Source of the DNA: an uncultured Planctomycetota bacterium
Lineage (GTDB): Bacteria; Planctomycetota; Brocadiia; CAIUPP01; CAYYEE01
DNA length: 33,362 nucleotides
NCBI GenBank assembly: GCA_964470775.1
Contig: CAYYEE010000003.1
Span: 1 to 33,362, forward strand
Direction of reading: 5' to 3'
This document shows positions 16,449 to 24,294 of this stretch, piece after piece. The first letter of the stretch is position 1, and the number at the start of each line of letters is the position of its first letter. Under the pieces are notes generated by a model, which did not search any database, was not told the DNA's origin, and saw only the letters and a list, made by a program, of their open reading frames with translations. The translations under genes and the position numbers were made by a program.

Positions 16449-16479
16449 GCCTTGGGGCGCGGACGGCGCAACCCAAGGC
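16449..16479 (-). terminator. hairpin 10 nt downstream of the trpC stop
   Basis: GCCTTGGG ... CCCAAGGC forms an 8-bp stem, with an inner GCGC/GCGC 4-bp stem. The following minus-strand sequence is pyrimidine-rich but is not a clean U-tract. Confidence 0.35.
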
Positions 16480-16488
16480 TGGCCGGGC

Positions 16489-17280
16489 CTATGAGAAGAG
16501 GAGGCGGCGGGCGGCAAGGCCTGGGTCGGGGCAGCGCATGAGGGTTTCGCCGACGAGGATCGCGTCAATTCCGGCGTCTTGCAGGAGAAGCGCGTCTTGG
16601 CGGGTGGCAATGCCGCTTTCGCTGATCACGATGCGGTCGTCAGGAATCAAAGGGCGAATGTTGAGCGAAACGGTCAGACTCACCTCAAAGGTGTCAAGAT
16701 TGCGGTTGTTGACTCCAATGATCGGTGATCCCAACTGGACGGCGCGGCGGGCTTCTTCGGGTGTGTGGGTCTCGACAATGGCGTCAAGGCCGAGCTCGCT
16801 GGCTTGGGCGAGAAGGGAGGCGAGAGTGTTGTCGTCGAGGATGGCGGCGATGAGCAGGACAGCGGCGGCGCCGGCTTGGCGGGCTTCGAGAAGGTGGTAG
16901 CGGTCGAGTGTAAAGTCTTTGCGGAGCAAGGGGAGGGAGGTGACGGCGGCGACTTGGCGGAGGTCGTCGAGGCTGCCTTGGAAGAAGGGTTCGTCGGTGA
17001 GGACGGAGATGGCGGCGGCGCCGGCGGCCTGGTAGGAGCGGGCGATGGCGGGCGGATCGAAGTCGGGGCGGATGAGGCCTTTGCTGGGGGAGGCCTTTTT
17101 GATCTCCGCGATGAGGCGGATGGACTTGCCGCGCTGGGGTGGGCGGATGGCTTGGGCGAAGCCGCCTTTTGGGGGTACGGCCAGGGCTTCGCGTTCGAGG
17201 GCGGCAAGGGGTTTGGCGGCAAGGCGTTGGGCCAGTTCGGCGCGTTTGGCGGCGACGATGCGATCGAGGATGGTGGTCAT
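16489..17280 (-). CDS. trpC: indole-3-glycerol phosphate synthase
   Basis: 263 aa with ...IAEIKKASPSKGLIR...AISVLTDEPFFQGS...LPLLRKDF...VGVNNRNL...ISESGI..., the canonical TrpC blocks. Confidence 0.95.
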   Translation of the reverse strand: MTTILDRIVAAKRAELAQRLAAKPLAALEREALAVPPKGGFAQAIRPPQRGKSIRLIAEIKKASPSKGLIRPDFDPPAIARSYQAAGAAAISVLTDEPFFQGSLDDLRQVAAVTSLPLLRKDFTLDRYHLLEARQAGAAAVLLIAAILDDNTLASLLAQASELGLDAIVETHTPEEARRAVQLGSPIIGVNNRNLDTFEVSLTVSLNIRPLIPDDRIVISESGIATRQDALLLQDAGIDAILVGETLMRCPDPGLAARRLLFS

Positions 17281-17699
17281 GGGGCGGTTTCTGTGGGGGG
17301 GGCGCCGGCGGAGGCGGTGTTGGGGATTGGGGGCTGGCCGACGCGGGTTTCTCGCACTGGCGCGGAATAGGCGCAGACGAGGACGGCGTCTTCGGGGCTG
17401 GTGTTTCGCGATTGGTGATGGACGGCGCGGGGAATGCGGATGAGGGCGCCGGGGGAGACGAGATGCGTTTCTTCGCTGGCGAGGACCTCAAATCGGCCTT
17501 TGAGGGCGTACATGAGCTCTTCGCAGTTGGCGTGGCTGTGGGGGGGGGCGGTTTGGCCGGCGCGGAGGGTGACAACGGCGAAGGTCATTTCGGCGTCGGA
17601 GGCGAGGCGGCCATGGAAGAGCCAGCGGATCTGGCCCCAGGGGAAGTCGGAGGGGGTGGTGTCTTCGACGCGCGTGACAATGATTTTGCCGGTGCTCAT
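17277..17699 (-). CDS. cupin domain protein
   Basis: Part of track ORF 17277..17813, with start ATG 17699 (MSTGKIIVTRVED...). Cupin motifs are ...GQTAPPHSHANCEELMYALKG... and ...GALIRIPRAVHH.... The stop overlaps the trpC start (ATGA at 17277-17280). Confidence 0.8.
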   Translation of the reverse strand: MSTGKIIVTRVEDTTPSDFPWGQIRWLFHGRLASDAEMTFAVVTLRAGQTAPPHSHANCEELMYALKGRFEVLASEETHLVSPGALIRIPRAVHHQSRNTSPEDAVLVCAYSAPVRETRVGQPPIPNTASAGAPPTETAP

Positions 17700-17736
17700 G
17701 GTTTTTCCCTGTGGTTGGCGGGCCAGACCGGGCGCA

Positions 17737-17765
17737 ATGATGGGGCAACAGGGGCGGGATGTCAA
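17737..17765 (-). promoter_or_regulatory. sigma70-like promoter for cupin-trpC
   Basis: Minus strand reads TTGACA (17765-17760), 17 nt, CATCAT (17742-17737). Confidence 0.35.
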
Positions 17766-17784
17766 GCACGGGGGCGGGCGGGGG

Positions 17785-17820
17785 ATGGGAAGCATGGGCG
17801 ATATGGGAGGCATGGCATGG
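17785..17820 (+). repeat. 9-bp periodic ATGGG array (ATGGGAAGC ATGGGCGAT ATGGGAGGC ATGGC ATGG)
   Basis: ATGG(G/C) starts at 17785, 17794, 17803, 17812 and 17817. The array lies between divergent promoters. Confidence 0.85.
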
Positions 17821-17840
17821 CGCCAGCCAAGGCGCCGCGA

Positions 17841-17869
17841 TTGCCCTGTGTGGCGCCTGGGCTTATAAT
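17841..17869 (+). promoter_or_regulatory. sigma70 promoter for the small ORF
   Basis: TTGCCC (17841-17846), 17 nt, TATAAT (17864-17869). AAAGGAG lies upstream of GTG 17898. Confidence 0.5.
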
Positions 17870-17897
17870 GCTGTTGGGTTCAACAAAAGGAGCGCGC

Positions 17898-18155
17898 GTG
17901 GATCCTGGAAAGAAGAAGACGGTGAAAAAGGCGCTGTTGCTGGGCGTTGGGCTGGACAACAAGGACGGGCACACGCGCGTTACGACGGGGAAGAACTTCC
18001 ACCTCGTTGGGGGCTCTGAGGATACGCACAGCGAGATGCAGGAGAAGGCGTTGAAGTTTAACGAGGAGTTGGACCGGCGCAAGAAACGCCTTGAGGACTT
18101 GGAGTTCAAGGAGTTTGTAGATATTGCGCACAAGGTGAAGATGGTTGGGGAGTAG
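17898..18155 (+). CDS. small charged hypothetical protein (85 aa)
   Basis: This is the tail of track ORF 17139..18155. GTG 17898 is preceded by AAAGGAG with a 5-nt spacer. The protein reads VDPGKKKTVKKALLLGVGLDNKDGHTRVTTGKNFHLVGGSEDTHSEMQEKALKFNEELDRRKKRLEDLEFKEFVDIAHKVKMVGE. The segment is visibly lower in GC than its neighbours. Confidence 0.6.
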   Translation: MDPGKKKTVKKALLLGVGLDNKDGHTRVTTGKNFHLVGGSEDTHSEMQEKALKFNEELDRRKKRLEDLEFKEFVDIAHKVKMVGE

Positions 18156-18164
18156 GGGGGGAGT

Positions 18165-18206
18165 ATGGGACGGATGGGGCGCATGGGCCTTATGGGGATG
18201 GGCCGC
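18165..18206 (+). repeat. 9-bp periodic ATGGG array (ATGGGACGG ATGGGGCGC ATGGGCCTT ATGGGG ATGGGCCGC)
   Basis: ATGGG starts at 18165, 18174, 18183, 18192 and 18198. The array begins 10 nt after the small ORF stop. Confidence 0.85.
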
Positions 18207-18311
18207 TGGGGCGAGACAGGGGAAGGATGCGCGGCCTGCGACATCCCTCCGTCCTGAGCGTTCCTTTCATCCGGCGGCCACGTCCGATCGGCCGGACCTC
18301 GCCATGTTCTT

Positions 18312-19673
18312 CTACGGCAACCACGCTCCGTGGCTCTTGAGCGTTTGGCGCAGGGCGGCGGTGTCTACGGCGTGGACATCCGACGCCGCGGCGGCGGCCA
18401 TGGCGGCGGCGCAGCCGGCGGCTTCGCCAGTGGTGAGGCAGCAGGCCATGATGCGGACGCTGCCGTTGAGGCGGCGGTCGGTGGAGATGCACCGGCCGGC
18501 GACGAGGACGTTGCGCAACCCCTTGGGCGTGAGGCAGCGGTAGGGGACGCCGTAGCTTTCGCCGGGGCCATAGCTGCAGATGGCTTTGGCGTTGGCGGCC
18601 TTCAACTCCTCGATGGTCTTCTGGCTGGCGGCGATGCTTGTTTCCTTGGAACTGTGGATGTCGATGTTGTAGGCGTTGCGGCAGATTTCGTCGGGGAAGG
18701 AGCGGCGGGCGTGGTAGTCGTCGGCGACAAGGACGTAGTCGCCCATGATGCGGCGTGTTTCGCGCACGCCCAACATGCTGCCCGTGGCGGCGAGGAAGGA
18801 GTTGGCGAAAGCGGGGTGGAACTCAGCAAAGGCGTCGCGATACTGGGCGGCCATCTTGCGGCCGTGGAAGATGGCTTTGGTTGTGCTGGCGGGGTCGGTG
18901 TTGTCGACGTCGAAGACGTGGCCTGTGTTGAAGCCCCACACGCCCGGACCGATCTGGCGGTTGCAGGCGTGGGGCTCGATGATGTCGGGGTACTTGTCGG
19001 AGCGGATGGCTTTCCAGATGGGGCTGTCGGGGTCGTAGTAGTGGACGCGGGGGCCGGCGGCCAGGCCGTATTCGTCTATGTTGGCGATGATGAAGCACAT
19101 GGTGGCTGGCTGGAGCTCGCCTTTTTCGCCGCCTTTTTCAAAGGGGGCGCCGGCCCACGCGGCCAGGTCGCCGTCGCCGGTGCAGTCGACGTAGACCTTG
19201 GCCTTGAAGGCGGCGAGGCCGGTCTTGTTGGCGGCGATGACGGCGTTGACCTGGCCGCCGCCGGAGTCCACGGAGCAGACCTGGGTGTGGAAGAGGACGC
19301 GGGCGCCGGCGCCGAGGACCATGTTGTCATAGACGCGCTTGAGGACTTCGGGGTCAATGCTGGGGGCGTAGAGGGGGTTGGCTTCGATGGTCTTTTTGAG
19401 CAGGGGCATGCCGGCCATGAGTCCCTGGCGCACGGTTTCGGCCAGGCCGCGAGCCAGTATCTTCTCGCCGTCGGTGTAGCCGCAGAACCAGGGCACGAGC
19501 CCGGACGTGCCCATGCCGCCGAGGACGCCGGAGGCTTCGAGCAGGAGGGTCTTGGCGCCTTGGCGCGCGGCGGACGTGGCGGCGGCGCAGCCTGCGGGGC
19601 CGCCGCCGGCCACGATGACGTCCCAGTTGTCGTCGAGGGGGATGTCTCTAGCGGGGAGGGTGTAGCGGGGCAT
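18312..19673 (-). CDS. FAD-dependent oxidoreductase (PF12831-like)
   Basis: ORF 18312..19742. Preferred start is ATG 19673 (MPRYTLPARD...). The dinucleotide-binding motif is DVIVAGGGPAGCAAATSAARQG, followed by ...LLEASGVLGGMGTSGLV.... Confidence 0.85.
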   Translation of the reverse strand: MPRYTLPARDIPLDDNWDVIVAGGGPAGCAAATSAARQGAKTLLLEASGVLGGMGTSGLVPWFCGYTDGEKILARGLAETVRQGLMAGMPLLKKTIEANPLYAPSIDPEVLKRVYDNMVLGAGARVLFHTQVCSVDSGGGQVNAVIAANKTGLAAFKAKVYVDCTGDGDLAAWAGAPFEKGGEKGELQPATMCFIIANIDEYGLAAGPRVHYYDPDSPIWKAIRSDKYPDIIEPHACNRQIGPGVWGFNTGHVFDVDNTDPASTTKAIFHGRKMAAQYRDAFAEFHPAFANSFLAATGSMLGVRETRRIMGDYVLVADDYHARRSFPDEICRNAYNIDIHSSKETSIAASQKTIEELKAANAKAICSYGPGESYGVPYRCLTPKGLRNVLVAGRCISTDRRLNGSVRIMACCLTTGEAAGCAAAMAAAAASDVHAVDTAALRQTLKSHGAWLP

Positions 19674-19750
19674 GGGGGAGGCCTTGGATAGAGGACGATG
19701 AGCTTGGATGGACGGCGAAACGGACGCTGAAGTCAAAGGCAAGGACCATC

Positions 19751-19778
19751 ATTATAGTAAGCGGGGCGAGAGGGACAA
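19751..19778 (-). promoter_or_regulatory. sigma70 promoter for the FAD oxidoreductase gene
   Basis: Minus strand reads TTGTCC (19778-19773), 16 nt, TATAAT (19756-19751). Confidence 0.5.
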
Positions 19779-19885
19779 GGGGAAGGATTTGCAGTCTTGG
19801 GCGTTCTTTGCTGAGTTCGCCCCGGGGGGGCCAGTGACGCGCGCGATGGGGTCATGTTCGCGGGGTCTTGAGAGGCGCCTGGCCG

Positions 19886-19915
19886 TTGCGCGTCTGGGCC
19901 GGAGGCTGGTAAAAT
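19886..19915 (+). promoter_or_regulatory. sigma70 promoter (extended -10) for purC
   Basis: TTGCGC (19886-19891), 18 nt, TGgTAAAAT (19907-19915). Confidence 0.45.
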
Positions 19916-19985
19916 CCCGCGTCGCTCCGGACGATCTGGGCGCGGGATTCGGGTGTTGGACGCGACAAATAGGATGGTCAGGACT

Positions 19986-20882
19986 ATGGATGAAGGCGCG
20001 CTGTTTCAGTCGGATATTCCTGGGCTGAAGTTGCTGAATCGTGGCAAGGTCCGGGATATCTACGAGACCGGGAACCAGTTGGTGATTGTGGCTTCGGACC
20101 GGTTGAGCGCGTTTGACAGCGTGCTGCCCACGCCGATTCCGCTGAAGGGCAAGGTGTTGACCGCGCTGACGCTGTTCTGGCTGGATTTCTTTGGTTCAAG
20201 CGTGGAGAACCACCTCATCACCGCGGACGTGAACGCGATGCCGGAGCCGGTGAAGCGGCAGGTGGCGACGCTGGCGGGCCGGACCATGCTGGTGCGCAAG
20301 GCGAAGCCGATGCCGGTGGAGTGCGTGGTGCGGGGGTATCTGTCGGGGAGCGGGTGGAAGTCGTATCAGAAAGACGGGACCGTGTGCGGGGTGAGGCTGC
20401 CGGCAGGGTTGAAGGAGTCGTCGAAGCTGCCGGAGCCGATTTTTACGCCTACGACCAAGGCGGAGAGCGGGCACGACCAGCCGCTGGACTTTGCGGGCGC
20501 GGCGAAGCTGGTGGGGGAGGACGTGGCTAAGGCGCTGCGGGACAAAACGATAGACCTGTATCGCCGGGCATCGGAGTATGCGGCCGGGCGGGGGGTGATT
20601 ATTGCGGACACGAAGTTCGAGTGGGGGATGGTGGACGGCCGGCTGATTCTGATTGACGAGGTGTTGACGCCGGATTCATCGCGGTTCTGGCCGGCGGATG
20701 GGTATGCGCCTGGCCGCGGGCAGCCGTCGTTTGACAAGCAGTATGTGCGCGACTGGCTGCTGGCGAGCGGGTGGAATCAGGAACCTCCGGCGCCGAAGCT
20801 GCCGGCGGACGTGGCGTTGAAGACGACTGAGAAGTACGTGCAGGCCTATGAAAAAATCACCGGGCGCAAGTTCCAGCGCTAA
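19986..20882 (+). CDS. purC: phosphoribosylaminoimidazole-succinocarboxamide (SAICAR) synthase
   Basis: ORF 19953..20882 with ...LLNRGKVRDIYETGNQLVIVASDRLSAFD...VVRGYLSGSGW...PIFTPTTKAE...GHD...IIADTKFEWG...LIDEVLTPDSSRFW.... The start is uncertain: GTG 19953, ATG 19974 or ATG 19986. Confidence 0.93.
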   Translation: MDEGALFQSDIPGLKLLNRGKVRDIYETGNQLVIVASDRLSAFDSVLPTPIPLKGKVLTALTLFWLDFFGSSVENHLITADVNAMPEPVKRQVATLAGRTMLVRKAKPMPVECVVRGYLSGSGWKSYQKDGTVCGVRLPAGLKESSKLPEPIFTPTTKAESGHDQPLDFAGAAKLVGEDVAKALRDKTIDLYRRASEYAAGRGVIIADTKFEWGMVDGRLILIDEVLTPDSSRFWPADGYAPGRGQPSFDKQYVRDWLLASGWNQEPPAPKLPADVALKTTEKYVQAYEKITGRKFQR

Positions 20883-21591
20883 GGCCGGAGGCGGGGGGAA
20901 CCAGGGCGCGCCGACCTACTGGCGGGTTTCGCGGGGGTTGGCCGCGAGTCTGGTGTTCATCGTGCCGCTGCTGGTGTTGTACGAGGCGGGCGTGATGATG
21001 GCGCACGCGACGCCCAACGCCATGGAACACGTAATCAAGAGCCCGTTTTTCGTGTTCGGCAGCCAGGGGGTGATGGTTTTCAACCTCGCGGCGATTGTGG
21101 CGCTGAGCGTGGCGCTGGCGTCGCTGGTTCGCGGGCAGGCTTTGCGGTGGTCGGTGTTTCCGGTGATGCTGGCCGAGAGTCTGTTGTATGCGTCGCTGCT
21201 GCATCCGCTGGTGAGGCTGGCGCTGTATCAAGAGCTCTGGGCGCCGATTGCGCCGAGGGTTTTCGATGGGTTCTGGTTCAAGGCGGCCACGGCGGCGGGC
21301 GCGGGCGTGTATGAGGAGATCGCGTTCCGCGGTTTGCTGCTGGCGGGGATGGTGTGGGTGGGGGAGCGGGTGTTGAAGGCGCCCAGGGCGCTGAACGTGG
21401 TGGCATCGGTGCTGCTGTCGTCGGCGGTGTTCAGCGCGTGGCATTTTGTGGAGGTTGGGGGGGCGGCGTGGGAGCCGTTTCTGTACCGGTTGGTGGCCGG
21501 GGCGGCGCTGGGCGCCATCTACCTGGCCAGGGGGTTGGGCGTGGCGGCGTATACGCACGCGCTTTTCAACGTGATCGTGTTCTGTGTGTAG
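20848..21591 (+). CDS. CPBP family (CAAX-type) intramembrane glutamic endopeptidase
   Basis: 247 aa and polytopic. Motifs are GVYEEIAFRGLL (EExxxR), FSAWHF (FxxxH) and YTHALFNV (HxxxN). ATG 20848 overlaps the purC 3' end by 35 nt, so the start is uncertain. Confidence 0.85.
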   Translation: MKKSPGASSSAKAGGGGNQGAPTYWRVSRGLAASLVFIVPLLVLYEAGVMMAHATPNAMEHVIKSPFFVFGSQGVMVFNLAAIVALSVALASLVRGQALRWSVFPVMLAESLLYASLLHPLVRLALYQELWAPIAPRVFDGFWFKAATAAGAGVYEEIAFRGLLLAGMVWVGERVLKAPRALNVVASVLLSSAVFSAWHFVEVGGAAWEPFLYRLVAGAALGAIYLARGLGVAAYTHALFNVIVFCV

Positions 21592-21665
21592 AAAGGACGC
21601 GCCCGAGGCGCCCGCGGCCGCAAGAAACGGCTTCACTAAAGGCAAGCGGCGCCGATACTAGAGTA

Positions 21666-21704
21666 GTGGTGTTTCGGAAATGCAAGGCATTTCCGAAACA
21701 CCAC
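21666..21704. repeat. perfect 18-bp stem / 3-nt loop hairpin, copy 1
   Basis: GTGGTGTTTCGGAAATGC-AAG-GCATTTCCGAAACACCAC. Confidence 0.95.
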
Positions 21705-21756
21705 AGGGCGGGCTAACTCGATACTTTAGACGCGTCAAGCGCCGGGTTTGTGTCAT

Positions 21757-21797
21757 GTCGTGTTTCAGAGATAGCAAAGCTATTTCTGAAACACGAC
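21757..21797. repeat. 19-bp stem / 3-nt loop hairpin, copy 2 (related to copy 1)
   Basis: GTCGTGTTTCAGAGATAGC-AAA-GCTATTTCTGAAACACGAC, with one G.T pair. Confidence 0.95.
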
Positions 21798-21947
21798 CTG
21801 GAGTACTCAGAGATGAGACTTCAGCGACTTGCGACGAACTTCCGGCAGGGAACGGAGGCGCATGGGAGCCGGGTCAAAGACTGGGCCTGTTCACCGTAGA
21901 GGGGATGTTCGCTGCTTTTGGGGACACCCAGGAGGCCAGGTTAGCGG

Positions 21948-23147
21948 ATGCCGAGTGTCCTGTTTGTTGACGACGAGCCGATGGTTCTGGAGGGTTTGAA
22001 GCGCATGTTGCGCCCCTTCCGGCGCGAATGGAAGGCGGAGTTCTGCGGCGGCGCAAAGGAGGCTCTGTCGCTGCTTTCCACGGAGCGCTTCGACGTGCTG
22101 GTGACGGACATGCGCATGCCGGAGATGGACGGTCTGGAGTTGTTGACGCAGGTGAATGAGTTGTACCCGGAGATGGTGCGGGTGGTGTTGTCGGGGCAGG
22201 CGGACGAGGACGTTTCTCTGAAGACGGCGGGGCTGGCGCACCAGTACCTGTCCAAGCCTTGCGACTGGGAGACGCTGCAGAGCACGCTGGAGCGGGCGTG
22301 CTCCATGGGCTCACTGCTGACGGCTCCGGGGCTGAAGAACCTGGTGTCCAAGATGGGCACGCTGCCCAGCCTGCCCGGGGTCTACGTGAAGTTGATGGAG
22401 GAGCTCAATTCGCCGAATACCTCCATTCAGCGCGTGGCGGAGATCATGTCTCAGGACATGGGCATGGCGGCCAAGGCGCTGCAACTGGTGAACTCGGCGT
22501 TTTTCGGGCTGCGGTTCCAGGTCTCCAGCCTGCAACATGCGATTACGGTGCTGGGGCTGAAGACGATGCGGGCGCTGGTGCTTTCGGTGCAGGTGTTCTC
22601 GCAGTTCCGGAGCCGCGGGCTGCCCGGCTTTTCCGCGGAAGCGCTGATGAACCACTGCATTTCCGTGGGTTCCATGTCCAGGATGATCGTGGACAAGGAG
22701 GGGCGGCGCAAGGACCTGTCGGACGACGCGCTGCTGGCCGGGCTGCTGCATGACGCGGGGCAGCTTATCCTGGCGGACCGCATGTCGGACAAGTACGTGG
22801 AAGCGATGCGCGTGGCCAAGCAGAAGGGCGTCACGCTTTGGGAGGCGGAGCGCGAGGTCATCGGCGCGACGCACGCGCAGGTGGGGGCGTATCTGATGGG
22901 CCTGTGGGGGCTGCCGCAGGCCATCACCGAGGCGATTCTGTACCACCACAACCCCCGCGAGTGTCCCAACCGCAAGTTCTCTGTGTTGACGGCTGTTCAC
23001 GCGGCGGACGCGCTGGACCACGCGCTCAACGCGATGATGGCGGGCCAGAGGCTGCCCATGGTGGACTCGGAGTACATGGCGCAGATGGGGCTGGACGACC
23101 GCTTTGGAGCATGGGAAGAGGCCTGCCGCGCGGCCGGGCCCAAGTAA
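21948..23147 (+). CDS. response regulator with an HDOD output domain
   Basis: 399 aa. The REC domain shows VLFVDDEP...VLVTDMRMPEMDG...YLSKP. The HDOD domain shows LPSLPGVYVKLMEEL...VAEIMSQDMGMAAKALQLVNSAFFG...AITVLGLKTMRALVL...LLHDAGQLIL...HAQVGAYLMGLWGLP. Confidence 0.9.
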   Translation: MPSVLFVDDEPMVLEGLKRMLRPFRREWKAEFCGGAKEALSLLSTERFDVLVTDMRMPEMDGLELLTQVNELYPEMVRVVLSGQADEDVSLKTAGLAHQYLSKPCDWETLQSTLERACSMGSLLTAPGLKNLVSKMGTLPSLPGVYVKLMEELNSPNTSIQRVAEIMSQDMGMAAKALQLVNSAFFGLRFQVSSLQHAITVLGLKTMRALVLSVQVFSQFRSRGLPGFSAEALMNHCISVGSMSRMIVDKEGRRKDLSDDALLAGLLHDAGQLILADRMSDKYVEAMRVAKQKGVTLWEAEREVIGATHAQVGAYLMGLWGLPQAITEAILYHHNPRECPNRKFSVLTAVHAADALDHALNAMMAGQRLPMVDSEYMAQMGLDDRFGAWEEACRAAGPK

Positions 23148-23189
23148 GGCAAGGCCGCGGGGATGGGACGCGTGGCCCCAGGCGGACTT

Positions 23190-23972
23190 TTACGGGTTTG
23201 ACGCTCCGGCGAGGGGCTGCCCCAAGCGCGCGCGGCGCGAGCCGTCCTTGATGATGGCTTGCGGGGCGCGCGCGGCGATGAACTCCACCAGCGGCCAGAA
23301 CCCGGTGAGGCGCGAGTCGAACTCCAGGACCCTGTCGCCCGCCACCAAGCGCGCCTTCTCCAGCCCCGCGCCCAGGTCTGGCCACGCGCAAAGGGTGATC
23401 TCGCGGATCTGATCGAGCGGCAGGCGCAGCGATCCTTGGGGCCAGGCGGCGGCCACTTCGCGGCCGCAGAGCTCCACCCACCACGGCGGAACGCCTGGGA
23501 AATCGCCGAACCGGAAGACCTCGGGCTCGCGGTCCCAAGCAAGCGACGGCGGCCCCAGACGGCGGCGTATCTCGGCCAGCAACTCGCGCCCTTTCGACCC
23601 GATGCGTTGGGGCGCAACAGCCAGCAGGCACTGGCCGTAGCGGTCTTTCAGAAGACAGTGTCGGTCGCTGTCGCGGTGCGTGGGCGCGGTCTCGCTGAAC
23701 GGCGACACGGCGCTCCACTCCACGCGGCGCTCTTTGCGGCCGCAACGCTCGATGATGGCCTGCGGCGTGAGGATGTACTGGGTGCGGAACGCGCCCAGCA
23801 GCGCCGCCGCGCCCAGAGCCGCGGGCGTAAGAATCAGCACAGCCCAGACAACCGCGCTGAACTGCTGGCCGGGGTGGTAATCCCACGCCAGGGGCGCGCC
23901 CAGCGCGACGACGGCGAGGCACATGAGCGCGAACCGGATGGCCAGGTTGGCGTTGGAGCGGCGGAACACCAT
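23190..23972 (-). CDS. hypothetical membrane protein (two N-terminal TM segments)
   Basis: ORF 23190..24047 is the only frame here with a protein-like composition. TM-like segments are LAIRFALMCLAVVALGAPLA and FSAVVWAVLILTPAALGAAALLGAF. The start is uncertain: ATG 23972 or GTG 24047. Confidence 0.55.
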   Translation of the reverse strand: MVFRRSNANLAIRFALMCLAVVALGAPLAWDYHPGQQFSAVVWAVLILTPAALGAAALLGAFRTQYILTPQAIIERCGRKERRVEWSAVSPFSETAPTHRDSDRHCLLKDRYGQCLLAVAPQRIGSKGRELLAEIRRRLGPPSLAWDREPEVFRFGDFPGVPPWWVELCGREVAAAWPQGSLRLPLDQIREITLCAWPDLGAGLEKARLVAGDRVLEFDSRLTGFWPLVEFIAARAPQAIIKDGSRRARLGQPLAGASNP

Positions 23973-24188
23973 CTCCGGCGCCGGCTGCTGAATCGTGGTC
24001 ACGACCGGAGCCTCCCAAGGAAAAGCAAGCGCGCCAAAGAATAGCACGTTGGGGCGCGAGGGGAAAGGCGCGAGGGAGCAAGCGGGGCGGGGCCGGCCGC
24101 CACGGGTGTTGGGCAGGCGCGTCGTTCATCGCCGCGATCAGGGGGTTGCTGGGCCGCGACGCCGGCTGATTCCCCCCTCCCCAAGCCT

Positions 24189-24218
24189 TTGACCCCACGC
24201 CCCATTTTCGTTTACAAT
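24189..24218 (+). promoter_or_regulatory. sigma70-like promoter for gyrA
   Basis: TTGACC (24189-24194), 18 nt, TACAAT (24213-24218), about 75 nt upstream of ATG 24295. Confidence 0.45.
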
Positions 24219-24294
24219 ATGATGATTCGCGCCGGGTTAGGCCCGCGATGCCGCAATTCTTCGGAAGTATTTCTCCCAAAGGACGTTACAGCCG

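Noticed and set aside
18165-18257. Met/Gly-rich mini-ORFs formed by the 9-bp arrays. Examples: MGRMGRMGLMGMGRWGETGEGCAACDIPPS at 18165..18257, MGGMGGMGG... from 33291, and MRPMGPMARIG... from 28683.
   Set aside because: They have no convincing SD spacing, no conservation between arrays beyond the repeat itself, and the arrays occur in different contexts. However, the 33291 array reaches the window edge, so a real plus-strand gene starting there cannot be excluded.
19916-19985. Purine/ZTP/PRPP-type riboswitch upstream of purC.
   Set aside because: The leader between the predicted TSS and the candidate starts is only about 30-65 nt. It lacks the conserved ZTP (pfl) or purine-riboswitch core sequences that I can recall.
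21666-21797. Possible minimal CRISPR array: two GTTTC...GAAAC-type repeats separated by a 52-bp spacer.
   Set aside because: There are only two copies and they differ at many positions, whereas CRISPR repeats are near-identical. Each unit is a complete self-complementary hairpin. No cas genes or leader are present in the window.
21680-21970. 96-aa ORF spanning the hairpin spacer.
   Set aside because: It reads straight through both palindromes, has no SD and has an atypical composition. It is most likely a by-product of the non-coding repeats.
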